From Candidatus Hermodarchaeota archaeon (lineage in GTDB: Archaea; Asgardarchaeota; Lokiarchaeia; Sigyniarchaeales; SOKP01), in the NCBI GenBank assembly GCA_048885535.1, contig JBHLLO010000066.1:1-17128 (forward strand): a stretch of 17,128 nt of DNA, read 5' to 3'. The position numbers and the translations under genes were made by a program. The notes beneath the pieces were generated by a model. The model did not search any database and was not told where the DNA came from. It saw only the letters and a program-made list of their open reading frames with translations. Of this stretch, positions 15,573-17,128 are shown piece after piece (position 1 is the first letter of the stretch; each line of letters starts with the position of its first letter).

Positions 15573-17102
15573 TTACTCCTCTTTTTTTCTCTGTAGGGCT
15601 TTCCTAAACTTTTCAAGTTGTTTCCGAGGAGTTACAGTAGGACGCTTATACCTTTTTAAATTCTTTTTAATTCCAAACAGATACTTTGCAATATTTTTTA
15701 ACTTTTCAGTGTCATAACGCATCATCATTGTTATAGTTTCCATTTGTGGACTTCCACCACCATGTAATCCTGCTACTTGCATTACTCCCGCCAAATCAGA
15801 AACTACTAATGCTTCAATTCCTTTAAAACATCTAAGTATATTTTCAGGCTTAACCTTTGGATTTCTCTGCAAATATTTCATAGCTAGATCGCCCACTTCC
15901 TCACTAAAAAAGGATTCATCGAATGGTAAAGTTGCAATTATTCCCCCAGAAAGATCTGCTAGTATCTTATATTCTTCATATATCATTTCACCTGCAAGTC
16001 TTCTACCTGCATTCGTAAGAATTTCATCAGGTATCTGGGTTCCTGAAGGAGCCTTTTCGGAATGCTTTGCACTCGACTCTCCAGCAGCAAACACTAATTC
16101 TGCAGTACCTATTATATGAGAAATTTTATCTCTCGCATGAGAGGTTTTTTCAATACCGTTATATTCAGCTACTAATGCTGCAGCACTGGCAATCACTTCA
16201 GATACTGCAGGTTTACAGCCCGTATAACTATGACGATGATAATGTGCGAACATTAGAGCTAAAAAACCTGCATAAGGAGTTTGTCTTGGGTCTCCATGAC
16301 CATTCAAGAACACTCGTTCGTTTGGAACGAATACATCATCAAAAATGATAAATGTTTCAGCATCACCAATCTCTAATCCTGGGGCTTTAGCATATTTACT
16401 TTTTCTAAAATAGGCTGGTCTTGTTAGCAACTTTACACCATCCCAATCAGTGGGAAGTGCAAATGCAACTGCGTAATCATTATCCTCTGGTCCCATATAT
16501 CTACAAGGAACGATAATCATCTCATCAGCATAGGGTGTATTAGTAATGTTAACCTTACACCCCCTAACCACGATTCCATGTTCTCGAGTTTCAATCACTC
16601 TTAAATATTGATCTGGATCCACTTGTTCATGTGGTCTTTTTAATCTATCTCCCTTAGCGTCTGTCTGAGCACAACTGGCTACTAAATCATTCTCTTGAAA
16701 ATATTCCATATATTTATTAAATTTAATAAAGTAATCAGTGCCAAGTGCCTGATCAATTTCATAAGTTACTACTGAGAGAGCATTAAGAGCATCTATACCC
16801 ATACATCTTTGGATGCATCCCCCACAACGATGACAAAGTTGTCGAGTCATCAGTTGTTTCCTAAGTAAATCATCTTCACTCTGATGAATATGACAAAATC
16901 TATTAATTTTCTTGCCTGTCAAATGGCTTATAGCTGTGCAAACATCTTCCCATTCAGGATCATGAGCCCTATCAAAAGTCTCTATTATAATTCTCATTCC
17001 TCCTTTTAAACGAGGATCATCACGACCAACTTTCTCTTCGCCAATGTAGATGTTTGGCTTCATTTTATATAATCTTTGAACATAATCTTCGTATGTCTTC
17101 AT
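15573..17102 (-). CDS. abfD: 4-hydroxybutyryl-CoA dehydratase-like FAD/[4Fe-4S] enzyme (HpaB/AbfD family)
   Basis: Motifs CIQRCMGIDALNAL (CxxxC), QTDAKGDR, E..IIFDDVFVP.ERVF, HRHSYTGCK (His/Cys cluster ligands) and HGGGSP. Confidence 0.85.
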   Translation of the reverse strand: MKTYEDYVQRLYKMKPNIYIGEEKVGRDDPRLKGGMRIIIETFDRAHDPEWEDVCTAISHLTGKKINRFCHIHQSEDDLLRKQLMTRQLCHRCGGCIQRCMGIDALNALSVVTYEIDQALGTDYFIKFNKYMEYFQENDLVASCAQTDAKGDRLKRPHEQVDPDQYLRVIETREHGIVVRGCKVNITNTPYADEMIIVPCRYMGPEDNDYAVAFALPTDWDGVKLLTRPAYFRKSKYAKAPGLEIGDAETFIIFDDVFVPNERVFLNGHGDPRQTPYAGFLALMFAHYHRHSYTGCKPAVSEVIASAAALVAEYNGIEKTSHARDKISHIIGTAELVFAAGESSAKHSEKAPSGTQIPDEILTNAGRRLAGEMIYEEYKILADLSGGIIATLPFDESFFSEEVGDLAMKYLQRNPKVKPENILRCFKGIEALVVSDLAGVMQVAGLHGGGSPQMETITMMMRYDTEKLKNIAKYLFGIKKNLKRYKRPTVTPRKQLEKFRKALQRKKEE

Positions 17103-17128
17103 TTTACATCCCTTTCAATTTCTTATTA

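Noticed and set aside
14994-16348. Antisense ORFs 14994-15212 and 16067-16348
   Set aside because: They overlap confident genes on the opposite strand and look non-coding.

Overview
AT-rich, gene-dense archaeal-style window. The Rab-like small GTPase of the WDxGGEERFRFLL type, the SCP2 and TrmB-like genes and the GGTG(A) ribosome-binding motifs suggest an Asgard archaeon (Lokiarchaeia-like); this is an inference. In order, it holds: the 3' end of a PorB-like 2-oxoacid:ferredoxin oxidoreductase beta domain that stops early, an MBL-fold hydrolase, a crotonase, a prenyltransferase-repeat-like hypothetical, and a co-directional run of YjbQ / NIPA-like DMT transporter / PIG-L deacetylase / SCP2 / Gfo-Idh-MocA oxidoreductase. 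That run converges on an EGCrP/Egh1-like GH5 glycosidase. Then follow a beta-lactamase-family serine hydrolase, two tandem DUF998-like membrane paralogs, an amidohydrolase, a HEAT-repeat protein, the Rab-like GTPase tightly linked to a TrmB-like regulator, and an AbfD-like 4-hydroxybutyryl-CoA dehydratase. Most notable: (1) the GTPase P-loop begins upstream of any in-frame ATG/GTG/TTG, implying an AUA/AUU start or recoding from an overlapping uORF; (2) the HEAT-GTPase-TrmB module; (3) a candidate glycolipid/steryl-glycoside processing cluster. No rRNA, tRNA, CRISPR array or mobile element was recognised.
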